A stretch of DNA of 63,988 nt, filler included, from Ionaspis alba (taxonomy: Eukaryota): assembly GCA_964255285.1 (NCBI GenBank). It is 5 parts of 5 records of this genome, joined end to end, with 100 filler letters (N's around TTAATTAATTAA, not from the genome) between each part and the next. Parts side by side here need not be neighbours in the genome. Positions count along the whole stretch, not along the records: positions 52,092 to 63,988 come from CAXUUL010000533.1; 4 more parts are not named here. One strand, 5' to 3'. The notes below the pieces were generated by a model, which was not told the origin of the DNA, ran no database searches, and worked only from the letters and a program-made list of their open reading frames with translations. Below, in pieces: positions 52,347 through 63,988 of this stretch (the stretch's first letter is position 1; every line of letters starts with the position of its first letter). Position numbers and translations under genes: made by a program.

Positions 52347-55300
52347 TCAGTATTTCGCACTAGTATCTTGGACGTCACTCCCCGTCGTGGCCAATGACGA
52401 CCTCCTCGATCCATCATAGCCACTGCCTCCTCCACTCCACTCGCCTTGTAATCTTTGCAAAGCTGTGTCTTGCCACCCTTCGCCTCCTGTCCTTAACACC
52501 ATTGCGAAGTTCGTGCCTTTGGAAAACCATCTCTCCCTACGCGTATTGGCCTTGCTGCCTCCTTCAAGTGCCGCGCGGCTGGCACGGGTGGTCCTGGGTC
52601 TCTTCCCTTTTCGTCCTCCTTCGGACATGAGATTGCTGAGTTGGAGTCTTTGTTGCTCGAGTCGGATGTCGTAGGAGACGATGGAGCGGATATAGGGCGC
52701 AATATCCTGAGCAATGGTGGATGTAGGACATTGGAAGCTGGTAATTTGAGGTCCCCTGGAGTTTAAAGAGGTTCTGGGAGCTTCGTATAAGGGCTCGAAT
52801 GCTGAAGCCATGATTTCAGTCAACGATGGTTGGTAGTCCTGCTCTTGACGCGCTTTGTCGATGATGGTGCGCACGACAGTGCCAGGACCGACGTTGCAAG
52901 CGTGAGAGTCACGTTGGACACATTGGATGGCCTTTCCAGAGGAAGCCATGATCGTTAGGGGTATAGAAACGCTCAGGTCGGTAAAGTCCTGCAATGGCTC
53001 CGCCTGAAGTAAGATTGTGCCCTCTGTGTAATTACTACGCAGCTTATCTGTGAGCTCAGGTTGTCCATTGTCGAGAATAGCGGTCTCGTTAAGCCGAAGC
53101 CCGAGATTCGGAAGCAGGTCCGCAACGCTTAGGGCATCCGCGACTAGATCAGACGTCTCCAACAATTGCAGAGATTCTCGAGATGTCTCTGGAGCCTTTG
53201 CAAACGAAGATCGCTTTGTCTGGTAAAGCTCAGGCCAGTCATCAAGTCCTACCTTCCACCATTGCACAGCTTGAGATAATAGAGTCGTGCTTTTAGTAAT
53301 ATCATCGAACACGGATTTAGATTGCCCGTCGCGGCCGAAGAGTCCCATACCTTCCAGATAGGTACTGTCGCTCACCACTCGTAACGGCAATCCTTCGTCG
53401 TTCAGGTATTCCTCGGCATTGGACCTTATCAGCATCCAGTCCAAGCCGCCCTTGCTGTCCCCAATTGCCATTTGACACCAAAAGTTAAGCTCGGAAATAG
53501 TTGCCCGAAGATCTCGATGCTTAGAGGTGTACAATGATATGACAGCATCACGTTGGAGCAGGTGACCTTCATTTCCTGCTAGAAGTAGGAGATAGTCAAC
53601 AGCAAGTTGCTCTGTCGGGGGTGCGAATCGAAAGATAGCATAGAGAACCATATCGTCTAAAGGCAGAAGACTTTCGTCTGTGCATGTCATGATGATCGGT
53701 CGTTTCGATTGGAGGATGAGCGACAGTGTAGTGGCCCAGAATTGCTTATCTTCCTCGAAAAGGACGTCTACTTCCTCAAGCAGGATCAATGACTGTTTCT
53801 GTTGTTTTTGTTTCTTCGGCGATTTCGGGGGCGGATCCTTGACCCTCTGTTTCGAGGTCGGGCGGGACTTTGAATGTGCTTTGCTCTTGGCATTCGGCTT
53901 GAGGAAAGACTGCATGGTACTCTGGCGTCCACTATCAAGCTCCTGCTGAATGGTCACCATGTGCTCGTCCGATTCCTCAAGATTATCCGTGGTGGCTGTC
54001 TGATGGACGAGATGGTTTCTCGCCATGTCACCAACTTTATCCACGAGATCTTTGCCACTTCTGCGGCTGCCAGAGTTAATCTCAAACACTTCGAAGTCGA
54101 GCTCCTGAGCAACAGCATACACCGCAGCGGTCTTTCCACATCCATGAGGGCCACTAATCACGACGGCATTCGTGGCTCTTCGGATCTCGCCGTTCGCTAG
54201 GGAGACACCAGGACGGTCTCCAGCTCTCAACATGGATCTCTTGGTGCTGAAGAGATTGGAATCGGCAAGATCTTCAGGTTCTGTGAGCTCATCTAGCTCA
54301 TCTGCTTCGTCATCCGTGGATATGATGAAACCGTCCAATTCCTCGGCTCTTCTGCGTTTCTTTCTTACCCTTACGATGGACATCTTAGGCACCACCGGCA
54401 ATTCCCGAGTCTTTGCGTCCGCTGTGCCAGTGACAATCGAGGTAACTATGAGGCCTTTCAACCAGTCACGAAGCATTAGTACCTCTTGACCGGGCTGCAA
54501 GACGTCGGCCGCACACTTTGGAGCATATTTGTGTACCCAGTCTTGCATTTCGCATTCGAAACGGTCAAAAGGAGCTAGAGATAATTTGATGCCATGAAAG
54601 ATGCGCAAGAGAGCATTATGCGTGGCTACTTGGCTCGACATGTTGCCAGTGATAAAGACCTCCTGTTCCTTGTTAAGAGACTTCTCAGCGGCGGGCAGAT
54701 TGCTGACGATTCTTTGTCGTAGGATGTCCTGCAGCTTGGAGCCTGTCATAAGTTTACGTCGCGGCTTGCGGAGCACTGTGACCTCCGCGCTAAAACTTCG
54801 AGATTCTTCTAGCCTCTTGCGCTCTTGTTGAGAGAGTTGGCCATATTTGTAAAGTATTTCTTCATGTTCAAGGATTGGCGTTTCTGCTTCTTTCAACTTT
54901 TTGTGTGTTAGGCGGGTCTGAATATTGTGCAAGGAAACACTCTGGGCCGTGTCATTATTCAATAGGCCCCGGCAATGGACCATACCGTTTGGAGGCCACA
55001 GCGGCTCAAACGCACCCGGAATTCTTGGGGGTTTGGAGAACCCAGCAGCAATCTTTGACCAGGCATCTGCGTCCTTCTGCAATATTACCCGAGGGTTTCT
55101 GCGCGGAGTGGCAGTACTAGTTGTGACAGCTGTGTTTTTGTCTAAATCACCGCCGCAGCCTGCTGCTTTCCTAACTTCAGTTGATCTGCCATTCCCAGGA
55201 AGTGTTGAGTTTCCAGTGAAAAATGGATGCGTAGGCTTCGGAGGGTCGGTCGACAGTGCAACTTTCTGCGTAACAGGGACCGTAGCGAGCAGTGTCTCTA

Positions 55301-56288
55301 CCCTTTGAACTGGTCCGGCAAGAATATCTTGAATCTTTTGACCAAATAGCGAACGGCGCTCCTGGTCTGATCCATACTTTATGATCACAATCTTATGCAA
55401 AAGAGAAGTCTTGCGCTTATCGCCTTTCTTCATCGTCCTAGTTTTGCTAATCCCGGCAGTTGTGTGTGCTTTTGGAGACACCAACTTCCCATCGGTTCGA
55501 AGCTTGAGCATTTTTCTTTTAGGTGTCCCGTTCCAAGCAGAAGTCTGGTCTTGGGGTAGCTTCTCTGTCTCCTCTGAAAGCTCAGTATGGCTATTTCTTG
55601 GGGGTACGGCATTGAGCACGCCGCCTTGATTAGCCTCGACATGCAGCATAGAGACTTCAGAAATACCCGATCTTTGGCCGAATGTAGGAGAACTGGAAAT
55701 GCCACTGTCAGTCGGTGCACCATGAAACTGTTTCTCCAGCGTACCCTCGTAGGGTATATTCGTAGATGATAATTCGTCCGGTGATCCCGTACTGCGCCGT
55801 TTTCGATTATGTTTATGCCGATCCAAATCGTCGTGGACGGATTCCTTCTTTTTCTTCTCCTTACTGGCTCCCGATGATCGAGTTGACTGTTTGACAATAC
55901 CATCAAATGAGGTCTCTTCAGACTGACGACCATTCTCCATGTGCATAAGTCTATTACTCGACAGAGTGAGCCGCCTCTGATTCACGGACTGCCCTGGAGT
56001 CTTTCGCTTCCTCCCTCTCCTCACTGTACCAGGCTTATCCTTAACGTCGCCATTGTCTTCGATGTAATCGCTCCCAGATGCAACCGGGAGAACTGAAACG
56101 CGGGGTCTAAGCGCAGGACCAGACATTGACGGCGTCGTGCTATCAACAGCTTTCAAGATTGATCAGTGGCTGTTTTTCTGTCTCGAGCTGCTACTAGGCA
56201 TACCTTGGATCTTGACAGGATTGAAGAAAGGGTGCAGGACATGCCCTTCATGAGCCCCCATTCCTGCTGCTTCGACTGCCAACGCCAT
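52347..56288 (-). CDS. ELG1: Elg1/ATAD5 RFC-like clamp-unloader AAA+ subunit
   Basis: Short exon 1 MALAVEAAG..LHPFFNP, then a long exon with WVHKYAPKCAADVL, Walker A GPHGCGKT, VFEINSGSRRSGKD, Walker B LILLEEVD, SKRPIIMTC and DIAPYIRSIV. Confidence 0.9.
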
Positions 56289-56671
56289 GCGCCGTCAGTC
56301 ATGGTGATATTCCCGAACCAGTATGTAGAACGCAGCGCATGATGAGACAATTCTAGAATGTGGAAGTGTTGAAAAAAGATATTTTGTGTGCAAACGTTGA
56401 CAGATTTTATACAGACATGGTGAGTTGAAAGCACGTGTTGGTGATGAGATTGTAAGTCGAAATCGAGAATGCGCGGACTTCACTTCTTCTGGTCAGATCT
56501 AATTCACGATTCACGTCGCGTCAGGGAATAATGATTGCGCACTTCCACGCGGGAGGCTGCCAGGGTCAGATGCAGGGATTGTAACGCTAGTGAAGCTGCC
56601 CCACGAAAATTTTGGGAGAGCTAGAGTGTGGTATAACTAATAGCAAGATATACAAATCATTGTCGTGAACG
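56289..56671. promoter_or_regulatory. Short divergent promoter between ELG1 and the UTP8-like gene, with PAC-like and RRPE-like motifs
   Basis: 383 bp between the two start codons. GATGAG at 56341 and 56443, AAAATTTT at 56606, and CGCG cores around 56470-56552. Confidence 0.4.
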
Positions 56672-59646
56672 ATGCTCCAAAGCCCGCAGGTATTGGCGAA
56701 ATTGCCAAAGTCTCTGGAGGGTGACAAGAGTCGGATTTATGCTGCAGATGTCCATACAGTAGCTCGAGGCAAGAAGAGGAAGCGGTCCGAGCTTGTCGTT
56801 GCTGTTGACAATGAGAGTATTAATCTCTACAACGTGAGTGCACCTGATATACTACTGCCAAGTTGCTGAAGAAGCTGTTAGCTTCGAACGTCGAGTCTGA
56901 CGACTACGTACTCCGTTTCGTCCTCTGTTTCGTTCACTTGTCCGCCTTGTTCGATTCGCCAAAGAGATTCTGGGATTACTCCGACTCAACGTTCCACGTA
57001 CTGCTCTATCGGGGGAGCAAAGCCACGGATACAATGCTTCGTAGAGAATGCTGGCAAGGTTTTCAGATCGGATGGGCATATATCTACTACATCATACAGC
57101 ATCGTCGACTCGACAAGCCCAGTGGTCTTCCTCGGAACCATTGACACTTCCGGAGACGATGGGATAGTTGCGTCAATGGCTGTGATTGTGGTTCACAGAG
57201 ATGGAGCGTTGCGATGTCTATCGAAGGATCTGTCTAAGGAATACTGGAGACGTGATTCAAATTCAATGGTTAAAGGGACACGCAAATTGGTTGGGTCAGT
57301 CGAATGTGCTGCTATCATTGACATTGATCAAGCTCGCAGAGGCTTTCTGCAAAGGCGTCAAGATCTTTTGGCAATGCTACAAAATAGAACGGAGTCAGCT
57401 GTTGCAAATTTCTCTGACCCTAGCCTCCTGGTGTTGGTGGTCAGGTATGACACTGCTGAAAGCTCAAAAACTAGTCAACGGGTAGAACTGAGGCTTTCAA
57501 AGATCAGTGCAGGTCGACTGGCGGCCGTGGCTGGAACCACACTAACGAGATCTTCTTCCGTGGACGAGCTGGTGAGCTTCACAGTACCACAACCTACTGA
57601 ACTCGTTGGCCGGAAGTCAATCTTCCAATTCAGTCACTCCAATGGAACGTTGTACCATTATATCGGGAAGCATCTTGCAGTCTACGACTTTACCAGCCCT
57701 ACACCGCGCCTGGACCAGCATATCAAGCTGAAGTCGAAAATACTGTCATGCCTCCGTCTCTCCTCCGCTGCTGTCGTTCTCAATACAGCGTCAACAATAT
57801 CGCTCCTTGACACCCACTACAAATCAATACAGGGGGCCCGTGATATTGAACAGGAAATTGAAGATATACGGAACAAGGTCGAATCCGGCTCCAGGTCGGA
57901 TAAGCCAGCAAACCTGAAGCTTCTTACGTACTCTTCACGGCTTAAACTCCTCGTTGGAGTTGTTGGACGATCGTTGATTTCATGTCAACTCGAGGATACG
58001 AGATCAGATGTAAATGGTAGCAGGAAACGAATTAAAAGTGGCCTTCTGATTGACGCGGTTGGTAAAGGCTTACGGAATTCAACGTCAACAACGACCCCTG
58101 ATAATGTAGGGAAATCCTCGGTCCAAGTGTTCGGAGGCTACCTACAGCCTGCTTCTTCGGAAGCGGCATGGGAGGCTAAGAAAGCTGAGCTGGACGTTTT
58201 GGCAAGCAAAGCTGACACTGACAACTTTGATTATGCCATGTTTGCCGAGCTCGATACCTTACCAGCATCAGACGGCGACAATTCAGGGAATGGTGCTATC
58301 GAGGAACCGAGAAACAACGGGAGTAATTCNNNNNNNNNNNNNNNNNNNNNNNNNNNNNNNNNNNNNNNNNNNNNNNNNNNNNNNNNNNNNNNNNNNNNNN
58401 NNNNNNNNNNNNNNNNNNNNNNNNNNNNNGCGACAATTCAGGGAATGGTGCTATCGAGGAACCGAGAAACAACGGGAGTAATTCGAGCAGCATCAGACCA
58501 AAGCTTACGTACCTCTTTAGCAAGATGTTTGATCTGTACATAGAGAACAGTTCGCGTGGAACTCCACCCAAATTGAGAGTGAAGCTTTTACCCCGGAAGA
58601 CTTTTGAATGGCTGCTCAAAAATCGCCACTTCTCCCGGCAACATGTGGAATCAGCTTTGAAACATACGGGCCTCGTCCAGGCATCAACAAGCTTTCCTGC
58701 CAGTGCAGTTGTGACAGCGCTTGCCTCCTTCGACGAGTCCCTAAGCACGCTGGAAGATCTGTTCACCAGCCCTACTAATCTCATTACCAGAGAGGTTGTT
58801 TGTGGCATTCGGATTGCTATTGATGCGTTGCAGAAGTTCGAAGGATCTGAAGAGACAAAGCTTCTCACGAACGGCGAGATTGCTTCTAATTCAGACGAAC
58901 GATCAGGAACACAGATTGTACCAGCTGAATCTGACAGGACAGGTTTTCCTGGAAAATTGAAACAAAATGAACACCAAACACATACTGCTCAGGCAATTAT
59001 GGAAACCTGTGTTTCGAGACTCTATCATTACCACGAAGTGGACATCCGAAAGGCTCTCAAGCAAGAGCTGTTACCGCCCGATCTGCTCTTCCTCATCGAC
59101 TACCTGCGCATGAGCCTAGCTCGTGGCGGATGGCTTTCGCGATATGTGGACGATGCCTATTTCCCCGTTGAAGGAGAGGCCGAGCCGGTGGACGAGATGG
59201 GTATCGCTTCCAAGCTCATGAATTGTGCAATTGATAGCCTGGGCTCGGGCGGGTGGATATCCGGCTCATCATCTAGTGTCGACATGGCTGAAAGTGGTGA
59301 TACTATAGCATACATGAAAGCTGAGATCTCAGCGGCACTGGAAGGCATTGAAGAAGCTGCATATCTCAACGGTATGCTGAACGAGGTACTCCTGTACAGC
59401 AAAACGGCAAAACACCTGGACGGTCTGCATATGGGGACTTCAAATCCGAATGAGGTCAAACCTATCCCGGTTACTTTTGAAGACGAAATATTGAGAGTGC
59501 TTCCAATTGGACTCAACGCTGACCAAGGAGTGGGATTGACAAGGGTCGGAGCTGGAGGAGAACTTCAGGCTCGAAGTGCGAGGGATATTGGGAGGTTGAA
59601 GAGTCGCAAGATTGGGCATTATACCTTTGAGCGTATCATGGTTTGA
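56672..59646 (+). CDS. UTP8: Utp8-like (t-UTP/SSU processome) beta-propeller protein
   Basis: Exon 1 56672-56833 (KKRKRSELVVAVDNESINLYN), exon 2 from 56882 (LTTTYSVSSSVSFTCPPCSIR). Collapsing the duplicated gap flank joins the two long ORFs in frame. C-terminus RDIGRLKSRKIGHYTFERIMV. Confidence 0.75.
58275..58484. other. Assembly gap (100 N) with an exact 55-bp duplicated flank inside the UTP8-like CDS
   Basis: 58275-58329 equals 58430-58484; merging the copies restores the reading frame. Confidence 0.92.
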
Positions 59647-59933
59647 NNNNNNNNNNNNNNNNNNNNNNNNNNNNNNNNNNNNNNNNNNNNNNNNNNNNNN
59701 NNNNNNNNNNNNNNNNNNNNNNNNNNNNNNNNNNNNNNNNNNNNNNAAGAGCCAATCGTATCCTTCCGAGCCATTGGACCCTGAGGGCTGAAATTAAGTT
59801 CTAGATCTTCAATGCCCTCGTGCGATCTCCGCGTATTTGACCGACAGTCGCCCCAATTCCTGATGTCTTCTCCTATACAAATACTACATAGTTCAGGCAA
59901 GCCGCAACAACCTTCGGACTGATTGACTTCAAC

Positions 59934-61512
59934 ATGGCTCGACCGCGGCGGAGATCCAGCGGACTGGGCGCAGACCCCAGAGGAGACACGAGTGCTCCCG
60001 CAGTTTCCACCCTCGAGCACATGCCTGCAATCCTCACGCCTTCAATATCTCCCGTAAGCACAATCAATTCCTCTTCTCTTTCAAATAACTCACCAACTAA
60101 CGACTCTCCTCCGCCAGCGCCCCTCCGACGCCAAACCCTCCCATCACCGCAAACGCCGCAAAGCCCGCACCGTAATCCGCCGCTGGCGAGACCTCTCTTT
60201 CAGACACACATGGGTGAACCCACTCATCCTCACCCTCCTCATAATCTCCCTCTACCTCATCAATCCCTCCAAAAGCAACCCCATCCACAGCGCTCTCTTC
60301 CTCTCCTACCCACTCCCAGCCTCCTCCCCGCTCATTCCCTCTCACGCTCCCCGTGGTCCCGACGCTCCGATTCAATATGACAAAGGTCCCCGCGACCTTG
60401 CTTTCGTGGCTTTCTACATCGTCGTTCTCTCGTTCACCCGCGAATTTCTCATGCAGAGAGTCATCCGCCCACTCGCCATCGCCTGCGGCATTCACTCCCG
60501 CGCAAAGCAGTCCCGCTTCATGGAACAGGTCTACACTGCCATCTATTTCTCCGTCTTTGGCCCTTTCGGTCTCTATGTTATGAGTCGGACGCCAGTGTGG
60601 TATTTTGATACAAGAGCTATGTTCGAGGAATACCCGCATCGAGCCCACGAGGGTCTTTTCAAAGCGTACTATCTGTTGCAAGCGAGCTATTGGGCGCAGC
60701 AGGCCATTGTGCTGCTGTTGCAGCTCGAGAAGCCGAGAAAGGATTTTAGGGAACTGGTTGGGCATCACATTGTTACGCTGATTCTGATTGGGCTGAGCTA
60801 TCGATTTCACTTTATGTATATGGGGGTTGCGGTTTATGTTACGCACGATATTAGTGATCTCTTCCTCGCGGTAAGTTGCGCCCTTTTCTCTCTATCCTTG
60901 GTGGACTATTCCGTGGTTATTTCGTTGTCCCTGAGTAGGAGCTTGTTTCTTTGGTCTGACTGACTGGTTGTCTTGTTCCAGACCTCCAAAACTCTAAACT
61001 ACCTCAACTCTCCACTCACCGTTCCTTTCTTCACCTTTTTCATCGGCGTCTGGGTTTACCTCCGCCACTACATCAATCTGCGCATCCTTTACGCCACACT
61101 TACCATTTTCAAAACTGTCGGACCCTACGAGCTCAATTGGGCGACCGAGCAATACAAAGGCCCTCTAAGTCAATGGATCACCTTCTCCCTCCTTCTCAGT
61201 CTGCAATGCATCAATCTGTTCTGGCTCTTCTTCATCGTCAAGATATCGGCGAATATCGTGTTTGCAAAGACGGTCGAGGATGTGCGGAGTGGTGATGAGG
61301 ATGAGGATGAAGAGGAGGATAAGAAGGACGGTATTGAGGAGAGGTTGGAGGGGAAGAATGGAGCCATATCTACGGGAAGGGAGAACGGGAAGGCGGGTGC
61401 AAGTGCGAGGCTGATCAATGGAAATCCCGTCGCTCCAGAAAGTAGCGAGGCTAGGACAAAGGAAGGGGAGACATATGCTGATGCCATCAAGGAGGAGACG
61501 AAATTGCGATAG
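59934..61512 (+). CDS. LAG1: Ceramide synthase (sphingosine N-acyltransferase, TLC/Lag1 domain)
   Basis: MARPRRRSSGLG start, QYDKGPRDLAFVAFY, RFMEQVYTAIYF, KAYYLLQASYWAQQ, Lag1 motif EKPRKDFRELVGHHIVTLILI..THDISDLFLA|TSKTLNY, WVYLRHYINL. Introns near 60054 and 60871-60981. Confidence 0.95.
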
Positions 61513-61659
61513 TCGAATCCAGCAATCTTGGTAAGATTTCCTTCTTGCGGCTGTTGGATNNNNNNNNNNNNNNNNNNNNNNNNNNNNNNNNNNNNNNNNN
61601 NNNNNNNNNNNNNNNNNNNNNNNNNNNNNNNNNNNNNNNNNNNNNNNNNNNNNNNNNNN

Positions 61660-63733
61660 GTCTCGAGATCCTTGTTCAGCAAGAAAACGCCATACTCAAA
61701 CCGATAAGCCACACTCCCAGTCTGGAACAGCGGATACTCCGTCGACGTCTTGGCTACATGCAAACTGATCGGGTCCGAGACAGTAGACACCGATCCTAGC
61801 GGTTTAAGCGGGTAAGGTAAAGCGATAGAAAGGTAGGATGAGAGCTGACACAAAATAGTAGCGACATAACCCAATGCTGCGGCTGTAGCCGGTTCGCTGG
61901 CGAGAGGAGAACTGAAGTCGGCGTTCGGGAGGTAGTTGTCTAGGATCGTGAAACAGAGAGGTTTTCCTGGTATAGGTTCGAGTGGGAAGATGTGCACTAG
62001 GTCCTCACAAATTCGGCGGATGTGGCCAGATATATTATGTTCTGCAGCTTGAGCTTCACTAAGCCGAGTTTCGAGGGTATGTTGAGCTCTTTTCAGGTAT
62101 TCGAGAGATTCTTTTTGAGCCTTGTTACCAGATTGGAGAGCGCTGCGCCGGGAAGCAATGCTAGCACGTAGCTGAGCGTTCTGGCCTTTTGCTTTAGCAA
62201 TCTGCTTCTTGGTTAGGCTAACTGCGGCACGAGTTCCGATCAGAGAGGACTGGGCTGTCGTCGCAGCAGCGACGGTGTCGGTTACTGATTCATTCTCATC
62301 AAGTACGCCTTGTATTTGCTTTACTAGTGTGTTGCGGGTTGAGAGAGCGTCCTGTATGCATTCGTCCAGGTTCTTCAACTTCATGAGGGCTTCCGCTGAC
62401 GATGTTGGCTGGGTGCTTGGGCTCGAACTTCTGGATTTTGACCCCCTAGACTTGAGAACACCATTGAAGATTGGTAACGACGCTGGTAGTTCACGGGCCA
62501 ACCCAGTAAAATTACCATATATCCCATCCGTCATGTGGAACAGGACACAGTTCTCTGGTAGCGGTTGACGGTAATTCTCGAGCTTCACTGATATCAGTCG
62601 CATCCTATTCCAAGTCTGGTCGATTATCTAACATACCGATTTGCAAAGGAACTCTAAAGAACCCATGTGTACCTTATATTCCAGCAAAACACTGAAGTCT
62701 GTCTTCCCTTCAGGCTTGGCCCAAACTCTGGTAACAAACTCAGCTGTCCTGGTAACACGGGGACCCCAAACTTCCAGGTCGAAGAATATGAAGTCAGCAT
62801 TTACAGATTTCTGGATGACTTCACTAATGTACAAAGGCTCAGCGTAGAAAGAAACATGGATTGTGAAGAACGTGTCTAGCATTTTAGCCTCGACAACTTC
62901 CTCTAGCTTCCTCTGTCGTGTCATCGAGGTGGTATTGCTCCAATTGAGCGTGCTGGTCCTGCGCAATGTAGCCCTGGATGGCCGTGAAATAGCTGCGCCA
63001 TCTGTTTGGCTACTTTGCAGGCTCGTGAGGCTCTCTTGACGGTTAAGACTGTTGCCCAGCGAAGAGTCTTCATCATCAGTTGGCCTATATCGCTCATGTT
63101 TGAACCTCCTTAAAGTTGGGCTAAAGCTATCGGTATCTTCAATGACTTCAGCGCTGATTGCAGATTCGGTTGCTGAGTAGATGATATGTTCATCGCCTTT
63201 CTAATCCAAATGTCAGGAATAATTTTAGAGCATGGGTTCTTCCACCCCCGCCAGACCATCGTCGGCAATGCAAACGAAGGTACACGATGCTTCTCAAACG
63301 AGTTTCGCACTACAAAGAAGAAACAGAAGAAGAAATAGGCTGTTTTTTTTCTGGTAGACTGACCTCCACAATGCTCGACGATGCTTTGATATCAGAAGAT
63401 GACTTAGAATGAGTAAGATTGTGTCGCTCGCGCAGTAAGAACTGGCTTTCAGAAGAACGCAAACTGGTTGGCAGATGCTCATCATCTACTGATTTGCCGT
63501 GGGAGAGCCTCGACGGCTTTTTGACTGTCAAGTTCCGGAGTGAGATGCCCTGAAGATGACGGACTTTGAGATTCTTGAGAACATCCAATTAGCTCTACCA
63601 GTACACATTTTGGCGTGATGTATTCGAAGTGCAGACATACGGATATATTGAGCCAAGGTTTATCTGTTGTCAAGCCTTTGACATCCTGCAAGTCGAAGCT
63701 ATAATTTGCCTGAATCGGTTTGCCTGAAACCAT
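61660..63733 (-). CDS. VPS38: Vps38/UVRAG subunit of PI3K complex II; the 3' end is lost in a gap
   Basis: KPWL..|NLKVRHLQGISLRNL, RRTSTLNWS, LDTFFTIH..PLYISEV..VNADF, LPENCVLFHMTDGIY, a coiled coil, TAAALGYVA, LPYPL and YRFEYGVFLLNKDLE. Several introns. Confidence 0.88.
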
Positions 63734-63988
63734 CGTAGGTATTGCCAGTCGCTGACCCAGCGCATAATTATGCTAGCATGATCCATGGACTGCCAGATTG
63801 ATGGACGTTAAAGACACGGCAACACATTATAACGATTTGACTCCAGCGCTGCAGCGAAGCGGTGCCGAAATTCATGTTGAATGTCTAGCAGAGTGTTTTG
63901 TTTGATGACTTTCTCGACCCTTAATTGATGGGGATTACGCGAGACCCCGGCGAGTTGACATCCTCGGCCCGTTCCCGCAGCTCTTAGA

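Noticed and set aside
58275..58543. Apparent frameshift, split gene or internal repeat in the UTP8-like gene
   Set aside because: Collapsing the duplicated gap flanks restores one continuous frame.
61170..62603. 477-aa ORF seemingly extending VPS38 far antisense into LAG1
   Set aside because: Read-through across an N gap of unknown true length; the distal part is the antisense shadow of LAG1.
63310..63363. In-frame TAG suggesting VPS38 is a pseudogene
   Set aside because: The stop lies within a plausible GTCAGT..CTGAC..TAG intron (about 63363-63201) whose removal keeps the frame.

Overview
Eukaryotic genomic DNA from a filamentous ascomycete (Pezizomycotina), judged by short GT-AG introns with CTRAC/CTAAC-type branch sites and fungal core genes. 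It is a draft assembly with eight N-gaps. Four carry an artificial TTAATTAATTAA linker and two have duplicated 55-bp flanks. About 23 intron-containing or single-exon genes can be reconstructed. Housekeeping genes include CDC48, SUS1/EnY2, a PEX11-family peroxin, TAL1, a DH-PH-CNH Rho GEF, KAP121/PSE1, a CBS-PB1 protein, RPS26, UGGT, ELG1, a UTP8-like gene, a LAG1/LAC1 ceramide synthase and VPS38/UVRAG. Accessory enzymes are a GGCT/AIG2-like protein, a partial P450, an SDR, an isochorismatase, a secreted carboxylesterase and a DUF1348 protein. The most interesting locus (875-1801) is broken up by the ORF track. It is a four-exon, 255-aa secreted protein with two tandem six-cysteine beta-defensin-like modules, a Gly/Ser linker and an intact NlpC/P60 peptidoglycan-endopeptidase domain, which makes it a candidate fungal antibacterial enzyme. 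Also present are an unrecognised three-exon membrane-protein gene and a pseudogene truncated by an AT-rich, RIP-like relic. All family assignments come from motif recognition by eye; no database searches were run.
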